This document shows positions 62,920-64,000 of a DNA stretch of 64,000 nt, piece after piece. Position 1 is the first letter of the stretch; each line of letters opens with the position of its first letter. The position numbers were made by a program, and so were the translations under genes. The stretch covers positions 1 to 64,000 of the forward strand of contig JBKPAK010000213.1 in NCBI GenBank assembly GCA_046726415.1. Direction: 5' to 3'. This stretch comes from Candidatus Methylomirabilota bacterium. Its GTDB lineage: Bacteria > Methylomirabilota > Methylomirabilia > Rokubacteriales > CSP1-6. A model generated the notes under the pieces. The model searched no databases, was not told where the DNA came from, and saw nothing but the letters and a program-made list of their open reading frames with translations.

Positions 62920-63999
62920 CTACTCCTTGATCTGGCCCTTCAGCTTCCGGAGGTGCTGGCGCGCCACGTCGACCCAGTCCTTCTCCGAAGGAAGCTGCGA
63001 CGCCAGGGCGATGTATTTCTCCCACTGGACGATCGACTCCTTGGGATCGACCTTCTCGTACACCAGGGCGAGATTGTAGAGAGCCCCGGTGTGCTTGGCA
63101 TCGAGCTCGATGACTTTCTTGTATTCGTCGATGGCCTCGCGGTAGAGCCCTTTGTCCTCGTAGACCTCGCCGAGTCCCATTCGCGCTTCAACCGAATGCG
63201 GATCGAGATCGATCGCCTTCTTGTAGGCCGTGACGGACTCGTAGTAGAGGCCTTTCTCACTGTAATAGATCTTTCCGAGACTCATGTAGACCCGCGGATT
63301 GGCGGGGTTGTAGACCAGCGCCTTCTGGTAGGCGCTGACGGCTCCGTCGACTTCCCCCTTCGCGGCCCGCGCGTCGCCCAGCCCCACGTGAGCGTCGGCG
63401 TAGAACGGGCGCAGCTCGATCGCTTTGCCATAAGCCTCCACCGCCTGATCGAACAGCCGGCGAGGCGCGGCCAGAAACAGGTCGCCCAGCGCCTTCATCG
63501 GCTCGGGGTACGTGGGGTCGAGCTGGGCGGCCGCTCGAAACTGGGCGGACGCCTTCCAGCGGTTGTTCAGGGTTTGATGGACGCTCCCCAGGGTGTACTG
63601 CCCCACCGCGAATGTCGGATCTGCCTCGATGGCTTTCGTCAGGAGCTCGACCGCCGCTTCATTGCCTTCCTGGTTCCCCCGCTGGGCCGCCACCACGCCG
63701 CGTGCGAAGAATTCGAACGCCCGAGCGGATTGGGTCGGGCGCGATGCCCTCTCCATGCGGGCGGCCTCAGCGTCGGTCAAGGTGACCTTCAGGGTGCGCG
63801 CATAGGTCACCGGCAGGGTGGCGAGACGCCCGAACGACTCCCCTTCCTGGAGCGTGATGGGTTCCAGAGTGACGAAGTCGGGACCACTAGCCTTCATCTC
63901 GAGCAGACGTGGCTGAATGACAAGGTCGTTGCCTCTACGCGCGATCTGGCCGAAGAGCGCGGCATCTGCCTTGACGGCCTTGGCCGCTTGAACGACTGC
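62920..63999 (-). CDS. tetratricopeptide repeat protein (N-terminus off the right edge)
   Basis: Many TPR motifs (AHVGLGD, VYMSLG, ARMGLG, ALYNLA); the frame is open to the window edge. Confidence 0.88.
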   Translation of the reverse strand, partial: AVVQAAKAVKADAALFGQIARRGNDLVIQPRLLEMKASGPDFVTLEPITLQEGESFGRLATLPVTYARTLKVTLTDAEAARMERASRPTQSARAFEFFARGVVAAQRGNQEGNEAAVELLTKAIEADPTFAVGQYTLGSVHQTLNNRWKASAQFRAAAQLDPTYPEPMKALGDLFLAAPRRLFDQAVEAYGKAIELRPFYADAHVGLGDARAAKGEVDGAVSAYQKALVYNPANPRVYMSLGKIYYSEKGLYYESVTAYKKAIDLDPHSVEARMGLGEVYEDKGLYREAIDEYKKVIELDAKHTGALYNLALVYEKVDPKESIVQWEKYIALASQLPSEKDWVDVARQHLRKLKGQIKE

Positions 64000-64000
64000 T

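Overview
High-GC bacterial chromosomal region with almost all genes on the minus strand. Gene style is compatible with Ca. Rokubacteria/Methylomirabilota, but this is inference only. From left to right it contains: thiI, a hypothetical, mobA and tsaC; a purine cluster (purB-S-Q-L-F-[purN remnant]-H-TPR-D, without purC/purM); the conserved translation/isoprenoid superoperon (rplM-rpsI-argC-argJ-rpsB-tsf-pyrH-frr-uppS-cdsA-dxr-rseP-ispG-fdx-proS-rimP-nusA-ylxR-infB-ylxP-rbfA-nrnA-truB-ribF-rpsO-pnp-M16 peptidase); nth, two glycosyltransferases, an aminotransferase, malic enzyme and an RpoD-like sigma factor; an operon of two ferritin-like proteins with biotin carboxylase and BCCP; dinB; a large Fe-S/sulfur-relay locus; gdh, a GalT-like gene and a TPR protein. 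The most striking signal is the sulfur locus. The IscS of the canonical isc operon has lost its PLP Schiff-base lysine (HK->HL) and PLP-stacking His (H->Q) but keeps the persulfide Cys. An intact second desulfurase sits next to an IscU-like protein missing its third Cys, and a DsrEFH/TusDCB-like trio lies between the two units. Other notable features: five short tandem duplications that each span a stop codon, an internally deleted purN relic, purL without a canonical start codon, and a GalT-like protein lacking its catalytic His. No tRNA, rRNA, CRISPR array or mobile element was recognised. Start codons were chosen by eye and may be off by a few codons.
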